Source: an uncultured Candidatus Binatia bacterium (GTDB lineage: Bacteria; Desulfobacterota; Binatia; UBA9968; JAJDTQ01). From it: a stretch of 64,000 nt of DNA. Location: contig OZ219754.1 of assembly GCA_964291295.2 (NCBI GenBank), forward strand, positions 1,760,001 through 1,824,000, in the 5' to 3' direction. The notes under the pieces are model-generated. The model searched no databases. It worked only from the letters and a program-made list of their open reading frames with translations, and was not told the DNA's origin. The position numbers and the translations under genes are program-made. Of this stretch, positions 9,901-19,554 are shown piece after piece. Every line of letters begins with the position of its first letter. Position 1 is the stretch's first letter.

Positions 9901-10651
9901 TCCCGCCGCCTTCCACCACCAGCAACTGCCCGGTCATGAAGTCGCTGTCGGCGCTGGCCAGGAAGAGCGCGGTGCCGGTGACGTCCTCGGGCAACTGGAT
10001 GCGCTTGAAGGCCCGGCGGCCGGCGCTGCCGGAACGCCGCTTGCGGATCTCGTCGGTGACCACCTCCTCACTCATGGTCGAGCCGGGTGTCATGCAGTTC
10101 ACGTTGATGTTCCAGTCGCCGAGCTGCCGGGCCATCACCCGGGTCAGGCCCACCACCCCGCCCTTGGAACTGGTGTAGGGAGGCATGTTGCTGGTGCCGT
10201 TCAGGAAGGTGCCGGACGCGATGTTGATGATCTTCCCCGACTTCTGCGCCTTCATCACCGGAATGACCGCGCGGCAGCACATGAAGACGCCCTTGAGGTT
10301 CACCTCCATGACCCGGTCCCACTCGTCGAGCGGGCAGTCCTCCACCCGGCCCATCCACATGTGCCGGGTCACGTAGATGGCCGCGTTGTTCAGCAGAACG
10401 TCGATGCGCCCGAACCGTTCGAGGGTTTCCGCCACCAGTCCCTCGATGCTGCCGTACTTCGTCACATCCGTGGTTCTGGCCCAGCCCGTCCCGCCAGTCC
10501 GGTTCAACTCCCCGGCAACGGACTCGCCCGCCGCGCCGTCGATGTCGGCGATGACGACCCGCGCGCCTTCGCCGGCGAACCGCTTGGCGTAGGCCTTTCC
10601 GAGCCCGTGTCCGCCGCCCGTGATGAGGGTGACCTTGTCCTTGAGTCGCAT
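9890..10651 (-). CDS. Short-chain dehydrogenase/reductase (FabG-like)
   Basis: TGGGHGLG, NNAA, YTSSK and TGQLLVVEGG motifs. Confidence 0.9.
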   Translation of the reverse strand: MRLKDKVTLITGGGHGLGKAYAKRFAGEGARVVIADIDGAAGESVAGELNRTGGTGWARTTDVTKYGSIEGLVAETLERFGRIDVLLNNAAIYVTRHMWMGRVEDCPLDEWDRVMEVNLKGVFMCCRAVIPVMKAQKSGKIINIASGTFLNGTSNMPPYTSSKGGVVGLTRVMARQLGDWNINVNCMTPGSTMSEEVVTDEIRKRRSGSAGRRAFKRIQLPEDVTGTALFLASADSDFMTGQLLVVEGGGIIH

Positions 10652-10792
10652 GGCAGCCTCCCGTTTCGGATGGCCGCGAGTATAGCACGCCGGACCACGC
10701 CGCCCCCCGTGCGCCGATTGATCTGTCCGCCCCCGCGGGCGTAAATGGAAGGATGCGGCGACGCCGCGCATCCGGACGCGAGGAGGTTCACC

Positions 10793-11224
10793 GTGCAGTT
10801 CGTTCGATTGTTCACCGGCGACGACGGCCAGTCCCATTTCGAGGATCTCGATACCAGCGCCGCGGGCGGCTACTTCTTCGAGACGCTGCCGGTCACCGCC
10901 CTGGTACTGAAGAACGATCCGGCAACGCACTTGGGAGACTTTCACAACGCGCCGCGGCGTCAGTACTGCATCACCCTCTCGGGCTCGGCGGAGATTCGGG
11001 TCGGCGACGGCACCTCGCGAACCTTCGTGGCGGGCGACGTCTTTCTCGCCGAAGACGTTTCCGGGCAGGGGCACAGGCTGGTGCCGCGGGACTGGGCGAG
11101 GGCGTTCGTGCACATCGATTGGAAGAGAGAAGCGCGCCTGGCGGAAGACGGACCGTCAGGCGAAACGGCGTTGGGGGCAACCTGTTCCGCGCCGGCATGG
11201 AAAGGAGAGATGGATGAGCAGTGA
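10793..11224 (+). CDS. Small cupin-domain protein
   Basis: RBS AGGAGG; RLFTGDDGQSHFED, FHNAPRRQY and LAEDVSGQGH motifs. Confidence 0.75.
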   Translation: MQFVRLFTGDDGQSHFEDLDTSAAGGYFFETLPVTALVLKNDPATHLGDFHNAPRRQYCITLSGSAEIRVGDGTSRTFVAGDVFLAEDVSGQGHRLVPRDWARAFVHIDWKREARLAEDGPSGETALGATCSAPAWKGEMDEQ

Positions 11225-11726
11225 GGAAACGACCCCGGTCAAGGTCAGGAAACTCGGCCATGTGGTGTTCAACGTGAGCGATGTCGAGCGCAGCACCCGG
11301 TTCTGGACCGAGATCATGGGTTTCAAGGTGTCCGACGTGAACGAGCGCGGCATGGTCTTCCTGAGGAACGGGGCCGACCACCATGCGGTCGCGCTCTTCC
11401 CGTCCGACTTCAACAAGGGGCAGCCCGAGCCGGGCCAGGTCGCTTTCAACCATTGCGCCCTGGAGGTGGGCAGCGTCACCGATCTGTTCCGGATTCGCGA
11501 CTTTCTCAAGGCCAAGGGTGTCCCCATCGTTTACGAAGGCCGCCGGGGGCCCGGCTGCAACCCCGGAGTGGAGTTCACCGATCCTGACGGCTTCCAGATC
11601 GAACTCTATGCGACCATGGACCAGATCGGCTGGGAAGGCGAAAGCCGGCCGGCGGAGCAATGGTCCCGGGCCACCTCCCTTGAGGAGGTGCTGGAGAAGC
11701 CGATCCCGGGCGTGAGCTACGAGTGA
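11214..11726 (+). CDS. VOC/glyoxalase (extradiol dioxygenase-like) protein
   Basis: KLGHVVFNVSD, DHHAVAL, NHCALEV and FTDPDGFQIEL motifs. Confidence 0.85.
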   Translation: MSSEETTPVKVRKLGHVVFNVSDVERSTRFWTEIMGFKVSDVNERGMVFLRNGADHHAVALFPSDFNKGQPEPGQVAFNHCALEVGSVTDLFRIRDFLKAKGVPIVYEGRRGPGCNPGVEFTDPDGFQIELYATMDQIGWEGESRPAEQWSRATSLEEVLEKPIPGVSYE

Positions 11727-11808
11727 TCAGCCGGGTCGGACGGCCCGGCGGTCCGGGGACTCGCGGCTGCGGCACCGCCGCGCCCGGCGGCACCGCTGAC
11801 GGGCAACG

Positions 11809-12264
11809 GTGGAGGTGATCATGCCGGCCGTGGGGGCGCCCCGGGAAACCGGGCGCCTGGTGCGCTGGCTCAAGCGGGAAGGGGACACCGTCACCAGGGG
11901 CGCGAGGCTGATGGAGGTGGAGACCGACAAGCCGGCGGTGGAGACCGAAGCGCCGGTCTCCGGAGTCCTGTCCCGTGTCACCGCGTCTCCGGACGACGAT
12001 ATCCCGGTGGGGCAGGCCACGGCGCTCATCGTCGAGCTGTCGGGGCGGCACCTTCACGGCATCCAGTCGCGGCATGTTCGGCGTCGACCGCTCCACCGCC
12101 ATCATCAATCCGCCGCAATGCGGCATGTGGTCCGGGTGGCACCCCGCGTGGTGCCCCACGGTGATGGCATCGCGGTCCGGTTCATGATGACCACGACGCT
12201 GTCCGCCGACCATCGCGTCGTGGACGACGCCATCGGCGTCCGCTTCCCGCAGCGGGTCCGGTAA
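11809..12264 (+). pseudogene. Internally deleted, frameshifted dihydrolipoamide acyltransferase (E2) remnant
   Basis: Lipoyl domain (WLKREGD..EVETDK) joined to catalytic-domain scraps: GTFT..GMFGVDR.TAIINPPQ in another frame, then LSADHRVVD. Confidence 0.75.
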
Positions 12265-12303
12265 CGCCTGGATGCGATATAGGGATATGGGCGCCCCGCC
12301 CGG

Positions 12304-13398
12304 TTACATCCCCGGCCAGCTCTCCATGGGGTCGGTGGAGCGCACCAGGTGCATGCCGGCGGAGGCTGCCTGGTCCAGGGTCTGCTCGGCGGCGCCGGTG
12401 AAGTCGGCGGCGGTCTCGCCGGTCTCCGTCCGCACCACCACAGACGACATGCAATCGGTCATGATGTAGACCTTTCGCGCCAGCGACGGATTCTCCCGCC
12501 GGATCTCTTCCATCATGTCCTGGACGGTGCTCCTCACGCAGTGGCTTGCCGCCTGTCCGGCGACGATCAGGGCGTCCGCCTCCAGCAGGGTCTTGCGGAA
12601 TCGGACGTTGCGCTCCGCCAGGACGCCGCCGTCCCAGGTGGTCAGGACTTCGGGGCGCAGCACCGAGTAGTTCTCCGTGAGGTCGTGGGATCCCTTGATC
12701 TCGGTCCAGGACTGCGACACCCGGACCAGGGAGTGCAGGGTCCTGGCTTCGTCCACCACGCCGGTGACCGCATGGCCGGGGCTTCCCACCAGGCAATGCG
12801 GCGGCCACAGGTAGAGGGTGTAGCGTCCGCCCGCGGCCAGTTCGCGGTTGTAGAAACGGCACTGCTCCGCCAGCCAGTCGTAGCCCTTGTCGGTGATCCA
12901 GGAGGTCATGGCGCGGTTGGGTGCGACGTCTTCCCTGAGCACCTTCCCCAGGGGGTCGATATTGACCAGCCGTCTGGCGTCGCCGCCGTCCACCGTGATG
13001 AGGGTGTGGGGCGACAGCGGCTCACCGTGAGAGTCCACCCAGAACCAGGGAAAGAAGATCTGGAAGTTGTGGTGGCTGTCGAGGGTGCAGCGGATGTGGC
13101 TGATCCGCGCAAGGTTCCGGTAGATGAACTCGGCGATGCGCCGGTTGTCCTCCACCGCGCCCCGGCCGCTGCGACCGCCGACGTAGAGCGTCCCCTCCGG
13201 ATGGCAGAAATCGCGCTGGACGTCGATCAGGAGCAGGTCGATGCGCCGGGCGTCCGCCGCCGCCGCCGCGATCCCGTATTCCCGCCGGAAACGGTTGGCC
13301 TCCTCGAAGACCGCCATGCGGTCCGGACAATAGGAAAAGTCGCCGGCGTGGTCGGCACGATACCACCGGGGCGTCTCGCGAATCTCGGCCGGTATCAT
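12304..13398 (-). CDS. Isochorismatase/nicotinamidase-like cysteine hydrolase
   Basis: IDVQRDFC, TLDSH, WPPHC, KGS and AGQAASHCV motifs. Confidence 0.85.
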   Translation of the reverse strand: MIPAEIRETPRWYRADHAGDFSYCPDRMAVFEEANRFRREYGIAAAAADARRIDLLLIDVQRDFCHPEGTLYVGGRSGRGAVEDNRRIAEFIYRNLARISHIRCTLDSHHNFQIFFPWFWVDSHGEPLSPHTLITVDGGDARRLVNIDPLGKVLREDVAPNRAMTSWITDKGYDWLAEQCRFYNRELAAGGRYTLYLWPPHCLVGSPGHAVTGVVDEARTLHSLVRVSQSWTEIKGSHDLTENYSVLRPEVLTTWDGGVLAERNVRFRKTLLEADALIVAGQAASHCVRSTVQDMMEEIRRENPSLARKVYIMTDCMSSVVVRTETGETAADFTGAAEQTLDQAASAGMHLVRSTDPMESWPGM

Positions 13399-13487
13399 GA
13401 TTCCATTCTAACAGCCGCCCGAATGCCGGCAACCGTGGCCCGGGTTCCGCCTTCACCGGCCACCGGCCTTGTGACATAAAGGACGTC

Positions 13488-14345
13488 ATGGCGGCCCGCT
13501 GGATCGAATTGTCCATCCAGGCCCACGGCCCGGTACAGGACACGGTGTCCAACTTCCTGGTGGAGCGGGGCTCCACCGGCATCGTCTGCGCCCACCGCTC
13601 CATGCGCGCGTTCTTCCCGGACACGGTGGACCTGACCCTCCTCAAGACCATGGTCCGCCGCTACCTGCACGGGCTCCGGGACATCTTCCCGGAATCGCCC
13701 CCGGGCCGGGCGCGCTGGCGGGTGATGGACGGCAAGGACTGGAACCAGGCCTGGCGCCGGCGTTTCAGGCCCCGGAGGATCGGCCGGCGGTTTCTGGTGA
13801 CGCCGCCGTGGATCCGCCCGAAGGGCGGCCATCGGCGGGTGATCTTCATCGAACCCGCCATGGCCTTCGGCACGGGGACTCATGAAACCACGCGCTGCTG
13901 TCTCGAGTTCATCGACGAGCTCTGCGCCGGCGTCGTGCCCGCCAGCGCACTGGATGTCGGCACGGGCTCCGGCATCCTGGCCATCGGCATGGCCCGCCTC
14001 GGGGTGCGCGAGGTGCTGGCCCTGGACAACGACCCCGTGGCCCTGGAGGCGGCCCGGGAAAACCTCCGGCTCAACGGCATGGACGGCGCGGTGTCGCTGA
14101 GTGATGCGGGCGTCGGGCGCCTGCGCCGCCGGTTCCCGCTGGTGGTGGCCAACATCATGCTGGAAACCCTGGTGGCGCTGGCCGGCGCTCTGGAGCAGCG
14201 CGTGGCCGCCGGCGGCGCGCTGATTCTCTCGGGCCTGCTGCACGATCATGTGCCGTTGGTGGTGCCGCACTTCCGGGGGTTCCGGCCAGTGCAACACCGG
14301 CAGCGCAGGGAGTGGAGCACGCTGCTGCTCCGGAAGGCGCCATGA
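13488..14345 (+). CDS. prmA: Ribosomal protein L11 methyltransferase
   Basis: PAMAFGTGTHETTR, DVGTGSGILAI and VVANI motifs. Confidence 0.92.
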   Translation: MAARWIELSIQAHGPVQDTVSNFLVERGSTGIVCAHRSMRAFFPDTVDLTLLKTMVRRYLHGLRDIFPESPPGRARWRVMDGKDWNQAWRRRFRPRRIGRRFLVTPPWIRPKGGHRRVIFIEPAMAFGTGTHETTRCCLEFIDELCAGVVPASALDVGTGSGILAIGMARLGVREVLALDNDPVALEAARENLRLNGMDGAVSLSDAGVGRLRRRFPLVVANIMLETLVALAGALEQRVAAGGALILSGLLHDHVPLVVPHFRGFRPVQHRQRREWSTLLLRKAP

Positions 14346-15124
14346 GCCTGCCGCGTTTCCTCGTGCGGCCCGACGCGGTGCGCGGCGGCGCCGCCACGGT
14401 CGGCGGCCAGGAGCTTGAACACATGCGCCGGGTGTTGCGGCTTCGGCCCGGCGCCCGGGTGTTGCTGTGGGACGCGGCCGGGACCGAACACGAGGCCGTC
14501 ATCCGCGCCTATGACGGTGGTGCCGCGGCCTTGACCGTGTTACGGTCCTGCCACCCCGAGCGGGAGTCGCCCTTGGCCGTCACCCTGGCCCAGGCCGTGG
14601 GCAAGGGCGACAAGATGGACCGGGTGGTGGAGAAGGCCACGGAACTGGGGGTGAACCGTGTGGTGCCGCTGGTCTCGTCGCGTACCATCCCGCGCGTCGG
14701 CGGCGAGAGGAGGCACCGGGGCGAGGAGGGGGACCGTGGCGACAGGGGCGAGCGGCGGCGTGAGCGCTGGCAGAAGATTGCGGCGGCGGCCGCCCGGCAA
14801 TCCGGGCGTACCCGGATCCCCGAGGTGCTGGCCCCGGAGGGGTTCGAGGCGCTGCTCGCCCGGGACTGGCGGTGCGACGCCCGGCTGCTGTTCCGGCAAG
14901 GCCCGTCGGCACGGCGGCTGGCCTCGTTGAAGGATGAGTTCGGAAGCCTTCGGTCCGTGCTCGTGGTGGTGGGTCCGGAAGGCGGCTTCAGCGAGAGCGA
15001 GGCGGCAAGGGCTGCGGCCCATGGATTTCACACGGTCGGATTGGGACCGCGCATCCTGCGCACGGAGACCGCGGGCGCGGCGGCGGTCTGCGCGGTGCAG
15101 TTGCTGTGGGGAGACCTGGGGTGA
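14342..15124 (+). CDS. rsmE: 16S rRNA m3U1498 methyltransferase
   Basis: HMRRVLRL, EKATELGV, VGPEGGFS and LGPRILRTETA motifs; follows prmA. Confidence 0.93.
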   Translation: MSLPRFLVRPDAVRGGAATVGGQELEHMRRVLRLRPGARVLLWDAAGTEHEAVIRAYDGGAAALTVLRSCHPERESPLAVTLAQAVGKGDKMDRVVEKATELGVNRVVPLVSSRTIPRVGGERRHRGEEGDRGDRGERRRERWQKIAAAAARQSGRTRIPEVLAPEGFEALLARDWRCDARLLFRQGPSARRLASLKDEFGSLRSVLVVVGPEGGFSESEAARAAAHGFHTVGLGPRILRTETAGAAAVCAVQLLWGDLG

Positions 15125-15166
15125 GACGGGAGCGGGCGAGAACTCTGGCGAAACAGGAGGCGGGTC

Positions 15167-15361
15167 ATGGACAAGGACACCGAGGAGACCGTAAGACGGA
15201 TGCTGGCCCGTGCCGGCCTTGAAATGGCCGGCAGCGACCGGAAGCGCTTGATGCCGATGCTGGAAACCTTCATGGAGAGCCTGGAGAAACTGCACTCCAT
15301 AAACCTGGCCGGCGAGCAGGTGGGCGGAGTCTTTCGGCCCGAGACGGACGAGGACCGGTAG
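15167..15361 (+). CDS. Small GatC/AtzG-like partner protein upstream of an amidase
   Basis: 64 aa, RBS AGGAG, helical pattern ARAGL...LEKL...F; sits directly upstream of the amidase. Confidence 0.55.
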   Translation: MDKDTEETVRRMLARAGLEMAGSDRKRLMPMLETFMESLEKLHSINLAGEQVGGVFRPETDEDR

Positions 15362-15391
15362 CGGCGGTTCGACCGCCAGCGAGGAACGGAC

Positions 15392-16765
15392 ATGTCGGAT
15401 ATGTGTTTCTCCAGCATCGACAGCATGGCCCCGCGCCTGCGCACCGGCCAAGTCTCTCCGGTGGAACTGACCCGGGCCTGCCTCGACCGGATCCATGCCC
15501 TGGACGGCGATCTGCATGCCTATGTGAACCTCATGGAGAAAAGCGCCCTGGAGGAAGCCGGCAGGGCGGAACAGGAGATCCGGAACGGCCGCTACCGTGG
15601 TCCGCTGCACGGCATCCCGGTGGCCGTCAAGGACCAGTACGACGTCGAGGGCGCGCTCTCGATGGTGCGCATCCCCCAGCCCCCGCCGCCGGGCGAGGAC
15701 TGCACCGCGGTCCGCCGCCTGCGCGAGGCCGGGGCGGTGATGCTCGGCAAGCTCAACATGAGCGGTCTTCCCGCCGGCATCAAGGGCGCCCGGAATCCCT
15801 GGAATCGCGACCACGTGCCCGGAGGGTCCAGTACCGGCTCCGGTGCCGGCATCGCGGCCGGGCTGTGCATGGGTTCGTTGGGCGAGGACACCGCGGGATC
15901 CATCCGCAACCCTGCCTCCTTCTGCGGCATTGCCGGCCTGAAGCCCACCTATGGACGGGTCAGCCGGTTCGGTCTGGCGCCGCTGGGCTGGTCGCTGGAC
16001 ACGGCGGGGCCCATGACCCGGGTGGTGGAAGACCTCGCGCACATGCTTCAGGTGCTGGCCGGGTTCGATCCCGGGGATCCCACCTCGAGTCCGGTGGAGG
16101 TGTCCGACTACACCGCGGACCTCCGGGCCGGGGTTTCGGGCATGGTCATCGGCGTGCCGCGGGACTACTTCGGCCTCATCGACACCGACCCCGAAATCCT
16201 GGACCTCCTGGACCGGGCGCTGGCGGCGTTGGAGTCCCTTGGCGCCAGGGTCCGGGACGTGACGGTGCCGAGCATGGAGTACGCCACCATCGCCAACGGC
16301 CTCATCTACTCCTGCGAGTTCTACAACATCTGTCGGGCCGACCTGGGTGCGGCCATGGCCGGGGAGGCCTCGGAGTCCCGCCGGGCGCGTCTGTTCATGG
16401 GCGCGGCGGCCACCGCCGGTGACTACATCCAGGCCCAGCGGATGCGGAGCCGGCTCAGGCGGGAGCTGAACGAGGTGTTCCGCGAGGTCCACGTCATGGC
16501 CCTGCCCACGAATCCGACCACCGCACCGCTGGCCAGCGAGGTGGACGGGCTGGACGCCGTGAACAAGATGCTGCGCCCGGACTATCCCTCGCCGGCCAAT
16601 CTGGCGGGCATACCGGCGCTGGCCGTTCCGTCCGGCTTCAGCGCCAGCGGCCTGCCGGCGGGGATGCAGTTCTGGGGCCGGGCCTTTGCCGAGTCCACGC
16701 TGCTGCGCGTGGGCTACGCCTGGCAGCAGCACGCCCGCTGGTACGAGCACCGGCCGCCGGAGTAG
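15392..16765 (+). CDS. Amidase-signature (GatA-like) hydrolase
   Basis: GPLHGIPVAVKD, PGGSSTGSG and DTAGSIRNPAS (Lys-Ser-Ser triad). Confidence 0.92.
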   Translation: MSDMCFSSIDSMAPRLRTGQVSPVELTRACLDRIHALDGDLHAYVNLMEKSALEEAGRAEQEIRNGRYRGPLHGIPVAVKDQYDVEGALSMVRIPQPPPPGEDCTAVRRLREAGAVMLGKLNMSGLPAGIKGARNPWNRDHVPGGSSTGSGAGIAAGLCMGSLGEDTAGSIRNPASFCGIAGLKPTYGRVSRFGLAPLGWSLDTAGPMTRVVEDLAHMLQVLAGFDPGDPTSSPVEVSDYTADLRAGVSGMVIGVPRDYFGLIDTDPEILDLLDRALAALESLGARVRDVTVPSMEYATIANGLIYSCEFYNICRADLGAAMAGEASESRRARLFMGAAATAGDYIQAQRMRSRLRRELNEVFREVHVMALPTNPTTAPLASEVDGLDAVNKMLRPDYPSPANLAGIPALAVPSGFSASGLPAGMQFWGRAFAESTLLRVGYAWQQHARWYEHRPPE

Positions 16766-16872
16766 GGGCGAATGTCGAACCGCCCGCGGCCCCGGACGGG
16801 CCACGGGGGGCAGGGAAACCGCCAGCCCCACCATCGACGTCGATAATGGGCGGGCAAGCTTGGCTGATCGGC

Positions 16873-17281
16873 TCAGCTGTCGATGTCGCGGCCACGCCAA
16901 CTGGCTTCATCCGCCAGTTCCTGCGCATGGCGCTTCTGTTCGTCGCGGTCCTCGACGGCAAGGCCGGGTAGAACGATATCGGCGTGGCAGGGGTTGCGGT
17001 GATGCGGTGACCTGACGGCCGTTCGAGGCGGCCCTGTCCACCTTGACCACGGCCCAGCCATAGAACGTTCCGTTTCGTTTGATTGCCACCCTGCCCGCTA
17101 TCTCGACGGCCTCTCTCGGCGAGACGCAATCGAGGCGATCCACCGAAAGCCGGGGCTCACCCTGCTTCTCCAGAAAGATGTGGAGCAGGATTCTGCCGCG
17201 GCCAGCTCGCCGGGCCTGGCTTTGGGAAAATACGTCCCTGCCGAGGTTTTCATCCGGCCCGATATCGCCCGTGGTCGTCAC
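16873..17281 (-). pseudogene. Putative ADP-ribosyltransferase-like toxin, frameshifted near 16995
   Basis: The 5' frame gives R..F..LSVDR..GWAVV..VTASPQP. The conserved-looking tail NPCHADIVLP...HAQELA lies in a different frame ending at 16873. Confidence 0.55.
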
Positions 17282-17946
17282 GCAGCCAGTTCGTCCCGCC
17301 GCGCCAGCTCATCCAGTGCCTCTCGAACGAAGCCGTCGGGCAGCGCCCCCGTATCCGAATAGCGCGCGCGTCTGTGCCTGCCGTCCATGTTGACCAGGCA
17401 CAGTGCGCCGCCATCGGAGTCGCAAAGCAGCAGGACGGAGCGTCCGCACCGGCCCGGAGCGTCGATGGCGACCTCGCCGTCCGGCGTCGGGTAGATCTCG
17501 AAACGCCGGGGCGAAAGCTTGTACATGGCCAGCAACAACCGCCGGGCGTTGGTCAGCGCGAGATCCGAGGGGTCCGGGAATGCCTCGTCCCGCGCCTCGG
17601 CCACCGCCTCGTCCAGATCGCTCAGCGCGTCCCTCAAATCGGCATTCCGACCAACGGCGGTCTCCATGAATTCGATGATCCTGGGGGAAAATGTGCCCGA
17701 ACTTGACGTGCCCGCGGGTTCGAATGCGCTATTGGCTGTGGGATCGATGAGCATTGCCCCCCACAGCTTTTCACTCATTTCGGGTCGCCGAAGCATTTCG
17801 GCGAGGAGGTCAAGATACTCGTCAGCGCGCTCCGGAACGTTTTCGGGCCGGACGGGGAGAGCAAGGGAATCCAGGGTGAAGGAACTGGTTTCGGCCTCCG
17901 CTGTTCCGGCCACCGACGTCGTCGCTGACGGGTTCGCTGCATTCAT
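17278..17946 (-). CDS. Hypothetical protein, putative antitoxin of the three-gene module
   Basis: 4-bp overlaps with both neighbours; PSDLALTNARRLL..IYPTPDGEVAID segment. Confidence 0.65.
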   Translation of the reverse strand: MNAANPSATTSVAGTAEAETSSFTLDSLALPVRPENVPERADEYLDLLAEMLRRPEMSEKLWGAMLIDPTANSAFEPAGTSSSGTFSPRIIEFMETAVGRNADLRDALSDLDEAVAEARDEAFPDPSDLALTNARRLLLAMYKLSPRRFEIYPTPDGEVAIDAPGRCGRSVLLLCDSDGGALCLVNMDGRHRRARYSDTGALPDGFVREALDELARRDELAA

Positions 17947-18653
17947 CGGGACATCCCCTTTGTGTGGAATTTTGCCACGAGATCATTGAAATCGGAAAGG
18001 TCGTTCTTCCAGCCGCCAAGAATGGCCGATGCCCTCTCCAAACGTTGTTGCTGACTCTCCTCCGTGATGTCTCGATGAATATTGGCCTGAAACAACATTC
18101 CCTGGCCTGCAACACGGCCATCTCTCGTGGCGCTGACGCCGCCAACATCCAAGGTGATTCTTCTGGTTTCATAACCGTATACGGCTTTCAGATGAACATT
18201 CGGTTGCACATCCCTGAACGACATCCATTCGCCGCCTCCCAGCAAGGTATGCGCCACGCCGTATCCCGACTTGTCTTTTTGTGTCCTGAAGCTCTTGGCA
18301 TTGATTCCGATGGCGATGTAAGGAATATGTGAGACCGCCTGCGCGAACCGTCCCGCAATTTCCGGCACCACGCACTCGCCTTCATTGAGCGGCTGACCCT
18401 TCTGTTCAAACACGAACCGGTTATGCTCGGCTCTGACCTCGATACCGCCTTCGAACACCACTTGGGAGAACACGGGCGTCGTCACGGGTGACTGGCCTGG
18501 TTTCAGAGTCTTGTCCACTATGCCGTTGTAACGCAGGAAATCCGGGTTGAGGATCGAAGGGTCGTTCTGCGTGGTGACGAGCACGACGGACAACTCCACG
18601 AGTCCGATCCCGGTGTCGATCCCGCTTTCTGCCGCTCGTGAGCCTTGCGCCAT
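17943..18653 (-). CDS. Hypothetical protein, TIGR04255-like (possible chaperone/sensor)
   Basis: SVVLV..NDPSILNPDFL, HIPYIAIGIN and FQANIHRD motifs; visibly more AT-rich than the flanks. Confidence 0.65.
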   Translation of the reverse strand: MAQGSRAAESGIDTGIGLVELSVVLVTTQNDPSILNPDFLRYNGIVDKTLKPGQSPVTTPVFSQVVFEGGIEVRAEHNRFVFEQKGQPLNEGECVVPEIAGRFAQAVSHIPYIAIGINAKSFRTQKDKSGYGVAHTLLGGGEWMSFRDVQPNVHLKAVYGYETRRITLDVGGVSATRDGRVAGQGMLFQANIHRDITEESQQQRLERASAILGGWKNDLSDFNDLVAKFHTKGMSR

Positions 18654-18870
18654 CGCCGCACCCCTTCAATGCCAGTTGCTGCGGTCCGCCGGGATTTCCA
18701 GTCTCGACGGTGCCGTATCCCGCCAGGAAACATAGAGGAGTTTCGACAACGCGGCAATCCCCTGCAGGACTGTCCCGCGCTGCGAGATTGCGGAAGCTCG
18801 AGGCCGGGTGTGCGGAGCAGACAGGAGACGGTGGCGGTGTCGGTGTCGGCGTGGACCGAGCGCAGCCGGT

Positions 18871-18974
18871 GCGTGGGGTGTGACGGTAAAACTCCGAACG
18901 GAGTCGAGATCGGGCAAGGCTGCTCTGCACACCACCATCGCCTGAAACGCCGGCATCACAAGGGAATGGAGCGG
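18871..18974 (+). repeat. ~100-bp dispersed repeat, copy 1
   Basis: GCGTGGGGTGTGACGGTAAAACTCCGAACGGAGTCGAGATCGGGC...TGAAACGCCGGCATCACAAGGGAATGGAGC aligns with 21087-21190. Confidence 0.85.
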
Positions 18975-19554
18975 TCGCGGCGATTGAGCGAGACGACCGG
19001 TCCGCAATCTTCGAGCGCGTTCCGCCTTGTCGTCCGATCACAGAGGTAACAGAACGCGGCGCGGAGTGCAAACGGCCGGCGGCAGTCTTCACACATGGCG
19101 CATCGGAGCCGGTGGACACCGCGCGCATGTTACCGCGGCGCAAGCGTGTGACAACCGACGCGCCGAAGGGCGTTCCAATCGCGCTTCCTGACCGCTCTAC
19201 CCGTCGGGCGCTGCAAGCCGTTGTGTCATCGGCATTCAGCGCGAGCGGCTCTTGAGCGACAGCGCCCGCCGCGCACTTGCGGAAACAGTCCTGCGAACCG
19301 CCGCGCGGCTTCCGAGCGGCACTATAGGAAGCATGAGGGAACGATGCAATGCGCGAAGTCCCGTTCAGCGGCGGCGTCATTCGCCCGGCCCGTACCGTTG
19401 GCGATTGTGCGGGCCGAGACGCTTCCGCCGATGAACATGGGTTCCCGCGGATCATCGTCGGGAGGTGCTCCCGTTACCGCTCCGCAGCATTGCCGCTGAA
19501 CGCGGCGACACGGCGGACGCTTGCGGCGCGTAGCGTGGCGCGCCATAGTCAATC

